A stretch of 64,000 bases of DNA, from assembly GCA_963828525.1 (NCBI GenBank), contig CAWHEP010000016.1:21959-85958 (forward strand), written 5' to 3'. The stretch's first letter is position 1. Each line of letters opens with the position of its first letter. The notes under the pieces are model-generated. The model was not told the origin of the DNA. It ran no database searches and saw only the letters and a program-made list of their open reading frames with translations. This document shows, in pieces, positions 10,227 through 20,958 of the stretch. Origin of the DNA: an uncultured Verrucomicrobiae bacterium. Lineage in GTDB: Bacteria; Verrucomicrobiota; Verrucomicrobiia; Chthoniobacterales; Chthoniobacteraceae. The position numbers and the translations under genes were made by a program.

Positions 10227-11378
10227 TTATCGGGCGGTCAGGCTAACTGTTTGCACCTGCTGATAAAGCTGATCGCCGATCCTGCGCACGATGCCGACCT
10301 GGAACTCCACTTCCGAGCCGCTCTCGATATCCTGCAAATACCCCTCCAGTTGCTTCGTTCCTGAGATCTCGTGGCCGCCAGCTTTGAAGAGCACGAGCCC
10401 TCGCTTTAAACCCGCCTCGGCTGCCGGGCTGCCTTCCTCCACATCCGCCACAAGCACGCCCCTGGTGGTGGGTTTATACCCGAGCAGTTGCGTCAAATCC
10501 CGGGTGAGATCCTGCGCCTGCAGCCCGAAGTATTTCATCGCCCGGTTCTCCCCGATGCCTGCGGCTCCGCTGCTCTTTGCCGGAATATGCTGCGCCAAGG
10601 CCATGAACTGGCGCACCTTCGCGCGAACCGTTGCCGCCGGTATTCCAAAGCCGAGGCCTTGGGTGGGCACCCCTTGGGGAGTGTAGGCCATCTTCACAGA
10701 ACTGATTCCGATCAATTTTCCCGAAAGATCGATGAGCGGACCGCCGCTGTTGCCGGGGTTGATGGCCGCATCCGTCTGGATCAGGTTTGTAAATTCTGTC
10801 TCCTCCAGGGTAACAGTGCGGTTCAGGGCGCTAAGGATTCCCCGGCTGACAGACAGGCCATACCCAAGAGGGTTCCCCAAGGCGAGCACTGTCTGGCCGA
10901 GCAGATTCGGAGATGTATCCTTCAAGCTGATGCAGGAAAAAGAGTTCTTGCCGTCGATCTTGATCAACGCGAGGTCCGCCGCCGCGTCACCCGCAATGTA
11001 AGTTGCCGAATATGTTTTTCCGTCCGAGGTCGTCACCTGAATTTTCAGGTCAGCCGCGCGTTCCACAACGTGCTGGTTGGTGACGATGAACCCGGCCGGA
11101 TCAATGATGAAGCCGGAGCCGAGGCTCTGCACTTTTTGGCGCAACTCGCGCGGGGGGCGCATCTCGCCGCCGAAGAATTGGTTGAAAAGCTGGTCGTACG
11201 GATCCTGATACGTCCTCCGAACAATCCGTTCGGTGGCAATGTTCACCACCGCGGGCCACACCTTGCCGACCGCGATCACGGAAGGCTCGGTCGCGGGATC
11301 GATCTCCGCGCGCGCCAAGGGCGAGGCGATCAGGAGCGCCACGGCCCATGGCAGCAGGCTACGCAAGGCTTTGCTCAT
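10227..11378 (-). CDS. HtrA/DegQ-family serine protease with PDZ domain
   Basis: Signal peptide; GSGFII, TNQHVV, DLALIK, IQTDAAINPGNSGGPL; PDZ (GSPAAEAGL); alternative start 11429. Confidence 0.92.
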   Translation of the reverse strand: MSKALRSLLPWAVALLIASPLARAEIDPATEPSVIAVGKVWPAVVNIATERIVRRTYQDPYDQLFNQFFGGEMRPPRELRQKVQSLGSGFIIDPAGFIVTNQHVVERAADLKIQVTTSDGKTYSATYIAGDAAADLALIKIDGKNSFSCISLKDTSPNLLGQTVLALGNPLGYGLSVSRGILSALNRTVTLEETEFTNLIQTDAAINPGNSGGPLIDLSGKLIGISSVKMAYTPQGVPTQGLGFGIPAATVRAKVRQFMALAQHIPAKSSGAAGIGENRAMKYFGLQAQDLTRDLTQLLGYKPTTRGVLVADVEEGSPAAEAGLKRGLVLFKAGGHEISGTKQLEGYLQDIESGSEVEFQVGIVRRIGDQLYQQVQTVSLTAR

Positions 11379-11483
11379 TTTTGGGGAATCAGACTTATCG
11401 TCTGACAGCGGAACTGTCAAATTGCTCAAAGGCCAGTTCGGCTGATGGACGGAGCGGCCCGCAAATGCCGAGAGGGCCTATTC

Positions 11484-12527
11484 TTAAGCTGTCGCAGTCT
11501 CCCGGGACGACCCGGAAGGCAGCAGACGCGCGGCAAAGTAGGAACCGACGACCAGCATGGTTGCCAATCCCTGCGCCGCCAGTGTCTCGACTGTGGGAAA
11601 AACGGAGAACCAAAGTCCCATCCAGTCTGGGACGAATTTGGCCACGCCCCCGAGCGTGGTAGTTGGAATCCAATGCGCAAGTTGCATCTCCTGAGCTTCC
11701 TCGCCGACCATTACAAGCAGCACGACTCCCAAGAGTACGCCTGTAAGCACGAGCATCTTGCGATAGGGCAAACGATGGTGCGCGATGAAGGTAAGGACGG
11801 CTACGATCGCGGTCAGAAACAACCCGATGACGGCACCCCATAACACGATCTGACCACCCATCTGCAAGCGATAGCTTTGGAGGAATAAGACAACCTCAAA
11901 TCCTTCCCGATACACGGAGGCAAAACCGAGCAACCCAAGCCCCAGAACAAGTTTGTTCTGAGAGATATCCGAAGCCCGAGCGCCGCTGATGAGCTCCTTC
12001 TTCTTACGATTGTGAAGACAAATCCAGCCGCCCCAATACACCTTGTGAAAAAACCAGTTCATCACCACCAGCAGGACGATAACTGCCAGGAGCCCTGTCC
12101 CCGCTTGCAACGCGAGCGCCGGAACGCTCCCGGCGAGGTTGCTTACAATCCCGACGGCCATGAACCAGGTCAAAATCGAAAACATGAAACCCGCGCCCGC
12201 TCCGAAAGCCACCGGACGCCGGTGCGCGCTGTTCACGCCCATCATACTGGCGGTGATCGCGGACAGCACAAGAATGCATTCCAGCCCTTCCCGAAAAACC
12301 AGCACGCCGATGTCCATCACAGCTACCGCTTTGCTGGTGTTGGGCAACGTCGGGTCAGGGTTGCCCTTTGCCGTAATTCCCTGCCAGACCAGCACCGACG
12401 CGATCACGCTTGCCGCCGCGATCAAGCAGACCCGCAGCGCCATTCTAAACGGAACGGGCTTTCGAATCGCCGCTGGATACTCGGCAGCGGAGCGAATCTG
12501 ATGGATGGGGGCGTCGATGGTTTGCAC
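11484..12527 (-). CDS. FTR1-family high-affinity iron permease
   Basis: Two RExxE motifs (FREGLE, YREGFE), MNWFFH, multiple TM helices. Confidence 0.88.
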   Translation of the reverse strand: MQTIDAPIHQIRSAAEYPAAIRKPVPFRMALRVCLIAAASVIASVLVWQGITAKGNPDPTLPNTSKAVAVMDIGVLVFREGLECILVLSAITASMMGVNSAHRRPVAFGAGAGFMFSILTWFMAVGIVSNLAGSVPALALQAGTGLLAVIVLLVVMNWFFHKVYWGGWICLHNRKKKELISGARASDISQNKLVLGLGLLGFASVYREGFEVVLFLQSYRLQMGGQIVLWGAVIGLFLTAIVAVLTFIAHHRLPYRKMLVLTGVLLGVVLLVMVGEEAQEMQLAHWIPTTTLGGVAKFVPDWMGLWFSVFPTVETLAAQGLATMLVVGSYFAARLLPSGSSRETATA

Positions 12528-12532
12528 TGCTA

Positions 12533-12549
12533 TTGAGAATCGATCTCAA
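12533..12549. promoter_or_regulatory. Fur-box-like inverted repeat upstream of the iron permease
   Basis: TTGAGAATCGATCTCAA, a near-palindrome resembling the 7-1-7 TGATAATnATTATCA Fur box, 5 bp from the FTR1 start. Confidence 0.6.
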
Positions 12550-12604
12550 GAAGGTTTTCGTCAACAAAAGTTTTTTCCAAGTTGGGAGATCCTGGAAGAG
12601 TTCC

Positions 12605-14623
12605 CTATTCGGCAGACGAGCGCATAGCGCTCGGGTTCCCCGCGAGGGCCTTGCCTTTCGCCTTCCATTCTTCTGGGGTAAACCACTGCCAATATGTCGC
12701 CAGACGGCGAAAATGCATTTCAGAGTAGGGCAGGAGAGTGATTGGCGATGGGGTTATGGATGCGTCAGCCGGGCAGGCTTGCATCTCCGCGGGCAACACA
12801 AACGCGAGATCTTTTCCGGGCGCTCTTTTGATTGCCGACGCAACCGCCGCCAGATCGCTGGAGAGAATCACCGGCACCGGCGGGATCAGCATGTTGGCAT
12901 AGGCCTTCTCGTTGTGATCCACCTGCCAGAAGTTGACAACTTCCAGGCCCGCGGAGCCGAGGTCGCCGCAGAGAACAACCGGGCCATAGAGCAGCGCCAC
13001 CCGGTGGGAATCGCCAACAGCGGTTTCTGTCGTCACGCGCATGGGCAGCTCGATTCGCGCGACGTCCCCGCTCGTCCACGTACGATCCAGACTGACGTAA
13101 CCATCCGTCGCCGGGCAGGGAACAGCCTCCCCGTTGATCCACACTCGCATCGGGGACGCCAGCCATGCAGGCGAACGCAGTCTCATCGCGAAATGCTGGG
13201 GCGTGGCCGTCGATACAGTCACAGACACTTCGGAATCAGCGGGGAACCGCGTGGTGGTCGTCAAAGTGACACCCTTCGCTTCCCATCGAGCGACGCTGGG
13301 CTGGTAGAGAGCCACAGTGATGGATGACGCGTCCACCCAATAGGTTGCCTCGGCATAGCGGGCGGGATTCTCCATCCCTGTTCCAAGGCAGCACCAACCC
13401 GCGTTTTGGGGGTCTGAATACACGCGGAACCTCCCGGCGCCGACTGGCTGGAAATAAGTGAACATTCCCTTTTTCGGCTCTTGTCCTCCCAGTATCTGGT
13501 TGTAGAGGGCTCGCTCATAGAAATCCATGTAAGAGGACTCCCGGTGCCAGGCGTAGAGCGAGCGCGTTAGCCGCAGCATGTTATAGACATTGCAAGTCTC
13601 CGCCGTGCCGATCGAGTCGATATGAGACGGCGTCGAGGACACAGGGAAAAAATGCTCATTGTCGCTATTGCCGCCCGTAACGTAGGAGCGAAGCGCAGTC
13701 ACGTTTTGCCAGAAAAACCGCGCTGCCTCGTGGTAACGCGGATCTCCGGTGATGCCATAAATCCGGTCAAATCCAGTGATCTTCGGGATTTGGGTGTTGG
13801 CGTGCAGGCCATCCAGCTTGTCCCGGCCGCTGCTTAGCGTGTCGAACAGCCAGCGCTGGCAGAACTTCTTCGCCGCGTCGAGATACTTTGGATTTCCAGT
13901 GAACGCGTAGAGGTCTGCCATGAGCTCGTCCATGCCGCCCTGCTCGATGTTGAGCATGGTCTGCATCTGGTGATCGTTAAGTGGCGCGATGGTGTCACAC
14001 ACAAAATCGCCAAGGCCCGTCCAGACTGTCGCCGCCTGGGAACTTTCCCCCGTGATGGCCGCGTCTCGCAATCCGGCCAGCAGTTTGTGGAGGGTATACC
14101 ATGGAACCCATCCACGCAGTGGTTTGCCAGCGCGGGCTTCCGCGAAAATTGCCCGCCCATCTGGAATCGCGGCCACATATCTTCCCCCGTTTGCCTTCTG
14201 GCACTCAGCCAGCTCGGCGACAATGTAGTCGATGCGCCTCCGGATTTCCTTGTCGCCTGTGTCCTTCCACATCAGGGAAAGGGCGCTCAGGTAATGCCCT
14301 AAAACAGAACCGGCTACGCCCTGGCGCTCCCATCCGCCGTAAGGCTCTGCCTTCGGAGTGAGACCCGCCTCCTTGCGAAACATCGAGAGATGACGATCCG
14401 GCGACATCTCCAGCAACACTCTGCGATCCAGTTCTTGGTGTTCCTTGAAAGGGCCGTCCAGGAGAGTCACCGCTCCATAGGGGAGTGGGCGCGCTGCCGG
14501 AAGGGGGGAGACATTTTCAGCCTGGATATTGCAAGCGCCGACAACCAGAGCAGTGGCAAGTTGAAGAGTATATTTGCGGGAGGTTCGCATGAGATAGGGG
14601 GCGAAGTTACGTTTGGCAGCCAA
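12605..14623 (-). CDS. Glycoside hydrolase family 127/146 (beta-L-arabinofuranosidase-like)
   Basis: PYGGWE, GHYLSA, PWYTLHK, EQGGM, HANTQIPK, ETCNVYNML, YERALYN, WCCLGTGMEN; alternative start 14590. Confidence 0.9.
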   Translation of the reverse strand: MAAKRNFAPYLMRTSRKYTLQLATALVVGACNIQAENVSPLPAARPLPYGAVTLLDGPFKEHQELDRRVLLEMSPDRHLSMFRKEAGLTPKAEPYGGWERQGVAGSVLGHYLSALSLMWKDTGDKEIRRRIDYIVAELAECQKANGGRYVAAIPDGRAIFAEARAGKPLRGWVPWYTLHKLLAGLRDAAITGESSQAATVWTGLGDFVCDTIAPLNDHQMQTMLNIEQGGMDELMADLYAFTGNPKYLDAAKKFCQRWLFDTLSSGRDKLDGLHANTQIPKITGFDRIYGITGDPRYHEAARFFWQNVTALRSYVTGGNSDNEHFFPVSSTPSHIDSIGTAETCNVYNMLRLTRSLYAWHRESSYMDFYERALYNQILGGQEPKKGMFTYFQPVGAGRFRVYSDPQNAGWCCLGTGMENPARYAEATYWVDASSITVALYQPSVARWEAKGVTLTTTTRFPADSEVSVTVSTATPQHFAMRLRSPAWLASPMRVWINGEAVPCPATDGYVSLDRTWTSGDVARIELPMRVTTETAVGDSHRVALLYGPVVLCGDLGSAGLEVVNFWQVDHNEKAYANMLIPPVPVILSSDLAAVASAIKRAPGKDLAFVLPAEMQACPADASITPSPITLLPYSEMHFRRLATYWQWFTPEEWKAKGKALAGNPSAMRSSAE

Positions 14624-14626
14624 ATG

Positions 14627-16804
14627 TCATGAACTCGTTACCTCGCGAAGCGCCCGTCGCAATTGGTCGAAATCCACCGGTTTTACCAGATGAGACGAAA
14701 ATCCCGCTTGTCTCGAACGGAACAGATCATCCTCCATCCCGTAACCGGAAAGTGCCACTCCCGGCAGCCCCGGCTGAATGCCGCGGAGCTTTATGAGCAG
14801 TTCCACTCCCGTGCCGTCCGGCAGACCGAGATCGGAGATAACCACATCGAAGAGGCCGGCTTCCGTGGCCGCGCATGCGGCGGCGATACTGCTCGCGGTT
14901 GTCACATGGTGGCCCGCCCGCGTCAGCAGGCGGCTCAGCACAGCAAGCGTTGGTTCATGATCCTCCACCACGAGCAGGCGCATGGAAGAGATTGCTTTCG
15001 AACGCGCGTCGTCGTGAGATCCCGTCGCTTTCTCCGATAACAGAGGTGTTGCTCCAGTAGCTTGCTCTACGGCGCGAGGCAGTTCCACGATGAAAGTAGC
15101 GCCGAGTCCCAGCCCGGCGCTCGTTGCCTGTATCGTTCCGCCATGGAGATCCACTATGGCTCGCGCGATGGCAAGACCCAGGCCTAATCCTCCAAAATGA
15201 TGATCATTTTCCCGCCCGGCCTGTTCGAATGGCTGGAAAATGGATTCCACTGCTTCCGGCTTCAGGCCGATGCCCGTATCGCTCACCTCTATGCGCAGAC
15301 GGCCATCCGTCTCATCCCTTGTTCGAATGGACACGCGCCCACCAGTAGGAGTGAATTTTATTGCGTTGCGCAACAGATTCCAGAACACCTGCTGAATTCG
15401 GGATGGATCACCTATAAGGCTGGTCCGGCGCGCGGCGAGGTCCACTCTGAGAGTTACTGGTTTGCTCTGCGCCTCATCGCGGACGATCTCGATCGCCAGG
15501 CCGATGAGGGAATGCACATCGCACATCTCTTCCCTCAGTTGCAGCTTGCCCTTCGAAATCGCGGTCAGGTCGAGCAGGTCGTCAATGAGCCGGGCTTCGA
15601 GGGCTATGTTGCGCTCGATCATGCCGAGATCCGCGCGCGCGTCCGCCGGAAGGCGGCTGTCCTCGCGCAAAGCCGTCGCGATCATTAGCACTGGTGTCAA
15701 AGGCGTGCGGAGTTCATGGGAGAGAGCCGCAAGAAAACTGTCCTTTGCGCGAGATGCCACTTCAGCGCGTTCCTTCGCGGCCAGGAGCGCCGCCTCGCCC
15801 GCGCGACGTTCAAGGTTGGTGGCGATCGCGTCCGCAATCGGCGCCAGATCACCGAGCACGGCGTCGGTGAGCGCTCGCCGGGAGAAAAGGGCCAGCACGC
15901 CCACCAGGATGCCGTTGGCAATCAGAGGATAGCCAGCGAACGATTTCATCCCCTCGCGACGCGCCCATTCCGGGTCGGACATGTTAGGATCGTGAGCCAC
16001 ATCGTTCGTCAAGAGCGCGCGGCGGTCTCGCGCGATCCTGCCTATCTTGTATTTCCCTACAGGAACGGTCGCGTGAGCCCCGTCCAAATGTGTGTAAAGG
16101 CCCGCGCTTGCTCTCAATAGAAGCGTGGTTCCTGCGGGGTCGATTGTCCAAACGCGAGCGAAGGCCGCGTCGAGATGGTTAACCAGGAAGCGGCAGCATC
16201 CTTTCAGGCTGGCGTCCGTGTCCGCCGTCGAGGCAAGGAGGGCCGCCACATCAGCGCGCAGCGTGGCCAGGCAGGCGCGTTCCGCGAGAGCGGCTTCAGA
16301 CGCTTTCCGTTGCGAGATGTCGCGGATGAAACCGACAAACATTTTTTGCTCAGTGCCAGGCAGCGGATTTATCGAGAATTCCACCGGGAACTCAGCGCCA
16401 TCGCGCCGCACTGCCGACAGTTCGATTCGCCGTCCAAGCACCGGGCCCTCGCCGGTTGCTCTCATGTGTTCCAAGCCTCTGCAGTGCGACTCTCTCAACC
16501 TCTGCGGAATGATGAATTCTGAAAGCGTCTCTCCGAGCACCTCCTTGCAACTCCAGCCGAAAATCCGCTGAGCCGCCGAGTTCCAACCAGCGATTTTTCC
16601 TTCCAAAGTCATCAGAATGACCGCGTCGAGAGCCGTCTCTATAATCGCTTGCGCCCGCGCTTCGCTCTCGCGCAACTCTCTCTCGATGCCAGACCTTGCC
16701 ACTTCCGCGCGGTTTGCTTCAGCAACTCCCCGTTCAGATTTGCGGTGGATACCGTCCGCGTTCAATGTGACGCCGAGCGGGACATCCTCTCCGGATTCAG
16801 TCAT
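14627..16804 (-). CDS. PAS-GAF hybrid sensor histidine kinase with C-terminal receiver
   Basis: PAS (WNSAAQRIFGW), GAF (FAGYPL), H box SHELRTPL, NLLRNAIKFT, DTGIG, GLGLGL, receiver LLVVEDH...DLGLPD...KP. Confidence 0.93.
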   Translation of the reverse strand: MTESGEDVPLGVTLNADGIHRKSERGVAEANRAEVARSGIERELRESEARAQAIIETALDAVILMTLEGKIAGWNSAAQRIFGWSCKEVLGETLSEFIIPQRLRESHCRGLEHMRATGEGPVLGRRIELSAVRRDGAEFPVEFSINPLPGTEQKMFVGFIRDISQRKASEAALAERACLATLRADVAALLASTADTDASLKGCCRFLVNHLDAAFARVWTIDPAGTTLLLRASAGLYTHLDGAHATVPVGKYKIGRIARDRRALLTNDVAHDPNMSDPEWARREGMKSFAGYPLIANGILVGVLALFSRRALTDAVLGDLAPIADAIATNLERRAGEAALLAAKERAEVASRAKDSFLAALSHELRTPLTPVLMIATALREDSRLPADARADLGMIERNIALEARLIDDLLDLTAISKGKLQLREEMCDVHSLIGLAIEIVRDEAQSKPVTLRVDLAARRTSLIGDPSRIQQVFWNLLRNAIKFTPTGGRVSIRTRDETDGRLRIEVSDTGIGLKPEAVESIFQPFEQAGRENDHHFGGLGLGLAIARAIVDLHGGTIQATSAGLGLGATFIVELPRAVEQATGATPLLSEKATGSHDDARSKAISSMRLLVVEDHEPTLAVLSRLLTRAGHHVTTASSIAAACAATEAGLFDVVISDLGLPDGTGVELLIKLRGIQPGLPGVALSGYGMEDDLFRSRQAGFSSHLVKPVDFDQLRRALREVTSS

Positions 16805-16996
16805 GATACTCTGTGCACATTGTTCAATGATGAGCAGAACGTTTACATCGGCATCCTGCCAGGTGACACGCGATTATAGACGCTCGCCGGTCGGATGCAA
16901 TCGGCCCGACGAAGGGACGTAAACTTTTTCTGACACGCGCATTTTGAGCGACAAACATCGGAAAACAGTTGACTCGGATGAGGAAAAGGAGAACAA

Positions 16997-17232
16997 TGGA
17001 GATTATGGTTTCTATCAAAAACGTAGTTTCCGTCCTCCCAATCCTATCCTCATGCATCCTCCTGAGTAGCTGCGCCAGCACCCAGAAGAGCAGCGCGAAA
17101 GTTCAAACCGCCGTTCCTCCAAGCTACTCGTCGCGTGATACGACGACCGCAACGACTCAGGACCTGCCTCCTGTCGCTGAAGCTCCGCGAAAAGCGGGTT
17201 GGGGCAACTCTTTTGAGCCTCCCGCCAATTGA
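16997..17232 (+). CDS. Small putative lipoprotein
   Basis: Hydrophobic stretch with lipobox LLSSC followed by a Ser/Thr/Pro-rich tail; start uncertain. Confidence 0.5.
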
Positions 17233-17334
17233 GGCGGAGGGGGTGACGAAATCGCGCTTCCAAAGAGCGCTCGTTGATTCAGTTTGGGGGTCGTGTTTGC
17301 GCGGGGCGCTCGCCCTGCTACCGTTCTCCTTGCT

Positions 17335-18891
17335 ATGAGTGATCCGAAGATCCCCACTCCTGAGGAGCTCCAGGCCAAACTCGCCGAATTCATGAAGGCG
17401 AATTTCGGCAATCATGTGCATCTCACGAGTTTTGTTCAGCCGGAATCTGCCCCGCCGGAGGCCGAGCCGGTGGTGGAGAAACCTGACGTCTTCGCTTTTG
17501 ATCACCTGCCAAAGGCCATCAAAGCCTATTTAGATCGTTTCGTTATTCGTCAGGATGAAGCGAAGAAGGTGCTCGCGATCGCCGTGTGCGATCACTACAA
17601 CAACGTCAACCATGTGAGGGGTCTTAGCGCGGAGGAAGCCGGCGCCGCGGAGTATGCCAAACAAAACGTTATCCTCGTTGGTCCGACCGGAGTCGGCAAA
17701 ACGTATCTCATCAAGCATATAGCCGAACTGATTGGCGTTCCTTTCGTGAAAGCCGACGCCACTAAGTTCAGCGAGACTGGCTATGTGGGTGGAGACGTGG
17801 AGGATTTGGTGCGTGATCTCGCGCGCAAGGCGGAGGGAGATATTTCGGTCGCCCAATATGGGATCATCTATATCGATGAGGTGGATAAAATTGCGTCCAA
17901 CTATAATGGTCAAGGCAGGGACGTGAGCGGGCGAGGCGTTCAGACGACGCTGCTGAAGCTAATGGAGGAAACGGAAGTCCCTTTGCGCAATCCGGCCGAC
18001 ATCCAGTCTCAGTTGCATGCGGCCATGGAGTTTCAAAAAGGCGGCAAAGCGAAGAAGGAGACGATCAACACGCGCCATATCCTGTTTATCGTGAGCGGCG
18101 CTTTCGAAAAATTGCGAGCTGTGATCGAGCGCAGGGTTCGCAAGAGCGAAATCGGCTTCCAGTCGTCTGGTGGCAGCGAAGCCGCGGCTCCTAACTCGGA
18201 CATTTTTCAGATGGTTTCGACGCGGGACTTTATTGACTACGGGTTCGAGCCCGAGTTTATAGGCCGGCTTCCTGTTCGGGTGGTATGCGATGACCTGACA
18301 GAGGGCGATTTGTTCGAGATTATGAAGCGTTCGGAAGGGAGCATCATTCGTCAGTACGAACGGGCGTTTCATGCCTATGGTATCGAAGTTTTCTTCGAGG
18401 ACGAGGCGTTAAGATTGATTGCAAGGCGGGCGGCGGAGGAAAAGACTGGAGCTCGAGGCCTGCTAACGGTGTGCGAAAAGATACTCAGGGATTTCAAGTA
18501 CGAACTTCCGGGATCCGGGATCACGCAATTCTCGGTCAGCGCGGGCTTGATCGAGCAACCAAGGGAGACGTTGGATGGGCTGCTGGCCGCTGGACAGCAG
18601 GAGAAAGAACTCGCCCTTGCCGCTGTCGCCCGTGAATTCGTGCAGCGTTTTGGCGACAAGCATGGCGCGCGGATTGAACTGTCGGAAGGCGCGATCGCGA
18701 AGCTCATTCAGAGAGTGGGCGCTGAGCAAACCCACATGAGGATCCTGTGCGAACAGCTGTTCAAGGATTACGAGTTTGGGTTAAAGCTCCTTCAAAAACA
18801 CGATGAGACCTTTGTCATCACCGAGGAGGGCGTTGATGATCCCGATAAGTTTTTGAGCGAATGGCTGGTAAAGACTTACAGGGGCAGCTAG
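17335..18891 (+). CDS. ClpX-like AAA+ ATPase lacking the N-terminal zinc finger
   Basis: AKKVLAIAVCDHY, GPTGVGKT, DATKFSETGYVGGDVE, IDEVDKI, RDVSGRGVQ, IGF loop, PEFIGRLP, TGARGL. Confidence 0.85.
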   Translation: MSDPKIPTPEELQAKLAEFMKANFGNHVHLTSFVQPESAPPEAEPVVEKPDVFAFDHLPKAIKAYLDRFVIRQDEAKKVLAIAVCDHYNNVNHVRGLSAEEAGAAEYAKQNVILVGPTGVGKTYLIKHIAELIGVPFVKADATKFSETGYVGGDVEDLVRDLARKAEGDISVAQYGIIYIDEVDKIASNYNGQGRDVSGRGVQTTLLKLMEETEVPLRNPADIQSQLHAAMEFQKGGKAKKETINTRHILFIVSGAFEKLRAVIERRVRKSEIGFQSSGGSEAAAPNSDIFQMVSTRDFIDYGFEPEFIGRLPVRVVCDDLTEGDLFEIMKRSEGSIIRQYERAFHAYGIEVFFEDEALRLIARRAAEEKTGARGLLTVCEKILRDFKYELPGSGITQFSVSAGLIEQPRETLDGLLAAGQQEKELALAAVAREFVQRFGDKHGARIELSEGAIAKLIQRVGAEQTHMRILCEQLFKDYEFGLKLLQKHDETFVITEEGVDDPDKFLSEWLVKTYRGS

Positions 18892-19008
18892 GATACGCCT
18901 CCGCAAAGGCTCGGCTTCGTTGATGCAGGCGGACGTCTCGCCCTGGATGTGGACGCGCTCTGCCAGAAGCTCCGCTTCCGGCTAATTGCGGCTCATCCCA
19001 AGTCTCCT

Positions 19009-20266
19009 GTGCGATACCTTAAAGTTGCTTTATGTGCGGGGCGTGCGCCGCCCTCCTCGTGGCCGGCGCGTGCGAGTCGCATCTATTTCCATCCGCTGGA
19101 TCTTGCCTTATGGAGCTTTCTGGGCAGGGCTTCGACCCCCCCGTGGGTTCACCGATCCCCTGGCCAATACCTTCTCGTCATTGCGCTGAGTTTTGCGATT
19201 GCGTGGACTACCATCGATATTCATAGGCGCTCTCTGAAGATCGTCGTCGGAGTGGGCGCTCTGCTCCAGATGATCAGCATCGCCTGGGTCCTGAATCTTT
19301 ATCGGATTTTCTTTTCTCCCTTTCCGGGGATTATGGCCATTCTGCTGAGCTTCGGCGCTGGCTTTGCCTATTCGCGCAGCGAAGGCGGGAAGCGGAAGCG
19401 CGTGGTGCGCCTCATGTTCGGCGAGCGCGTATCCACAGAAGACCTTTTATTCACTCATCAACTCTGACGCGTCACTGAATTTTGAAGGCGAGATGCGCGA
19501 GGCGTCCGTGCTGGTTTGCGAGATATTCAATCACAATGAATTGATGGACAATCTGCCGGTGGCGGATTACGTCGCGATGACCAACTCATTCCTGCGCAAC
19601 GGCGCGGATTTTCTCGTGGAAAAGGGAGGCTATCTGGATGAATGCGATGGCGAAAGCCTCCGCGTGATCTTCGGCACGCCGCTTCCCGATAAGGATCATG
19701 CGACGCATGCGTGCGCCGCTGGCCTGGAGCTTGTTCGCAGGCTCGACCAGGTGAATCAGGAGTGCCACGCGCTATGGCACGAAAAGTTTGATTTCAGGAT
19801 CGGGATCAACTCTGGCGAGATGGTGACCGCGGCCTACGGCTCAAAGAGATTCGGAACTTTCAGCGTGGCAGGCGAGTGCGTGGAATTTGCCCGGCGACTA
19901 TGCGCGGCCAACGTTTTCTACGGCTCCAAAATCCTCATCGGCTCCGGCGCTTTCGAGCTCGCCTCGAACTCCATTGAGGTTCGCCCAATCGAGCTGATCC
20001 GCGGCAGAGGAGACCGCAGCCGGGAAGAAGTGTATGAGCTGCTTGCCCTCAAGGATATCCTCTCAGAGGAGGATCTGCGCCGCCGAGACCTTTTCTGGAA
20101 AGGTGTTGTGTGCTACCGCGAGCAGCGGTGGAATGAGGCGCTCGATCATTTTCACGCGGCTCTCACCCTGCACGGCAACGATGCTCCACTGGAATTCTAC
20201 GTGCGCAGGATCGAGCATCTCCGGACTGGCACACCGGCGCTGGAATGGGAGAGCGCCCGCTTTTGA
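19009..20266 (+). CDS. Membrane-anchored adenylate/guanylate cyclase-fold protein, degenerate (frameshift near 19435)
   Basis: TM helices followed by a class III cyclase fold (FRIGINSGEM, ARRLCAAN, YGSKILI) and TPR-like tail; ORFs 18949-19467 and 19364-20266 join at ERVS/QKTF; start uncertain. Confidence 0.75.
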
Positions 20267-20295
20267 ACTTCCGCAAGCGGGGCAGAGGCTGACGA

Positions 20296-20916
20296 GTGAA
20301 ACGCGTTGAATATCCTTCCGCTGTTCAGGCCCTGACCGCGCAACTCCGCCGGATGCCCGGCATAGGCCCGCGCAGCGCGGAAAGGATCGCCCTGTGGCTT
20401 GTTCTTTCCAAGGATGCTCGTCCGCTTGAAATAGCAGCGTCCGTGCGTGAAGCCGGAGAGCGTATTCGGCCTTGTTCGAAGTGCGGATTCTTCGCGGAGA
20501 GTGAGACTCTGCGATATATGCGCGGACGCAGGCCGGAACGCGGATCTTCTCTGCGTCGTGGAGCAGGCGACCGATATCCTGCCCTTGGAGACGAACGGGC
20601 GCGTTCCGTGGATTCTATCACTCCCTCGGAGGCCGCATCTCCCCGCTGGATCATATCGGTCCGGAACATTTAAAAATCGATGCGCTCATCGCCGAGGGTG
20701 AATGCTGGCATCCCGAAAGAGGTAATACTCGCTCTGGGCGGAGACGTCGAAGGTGAAGCCACTGCGAATTACCTCGCCGAGCTTTTGGCGCCCCTCCCTG
20801 TTTCTGTGACACGCATTGCCCAGGGGATGCCGGCTGGCATGGGGCTGGAGTCGGCGGACGAGTTAACCCTCAGTCGCGCCTTTGCCGGAAGGCGCGCAAT
20901 GGCGGGCGGCTTGTAG
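20296..20916 (+). CDS. recR: Recombination mediator RecR (several frameshifts)
   Basis: [14 protein letters not shown]4 zinc finger CSKC...[48 protein letters not shown], spread across three frames. Confidence 0.9.
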
Positions 20917-20958
20917 CGGTATTTGCCAAGGCGTCCCGCGCCAACGTATAACCCTCGT

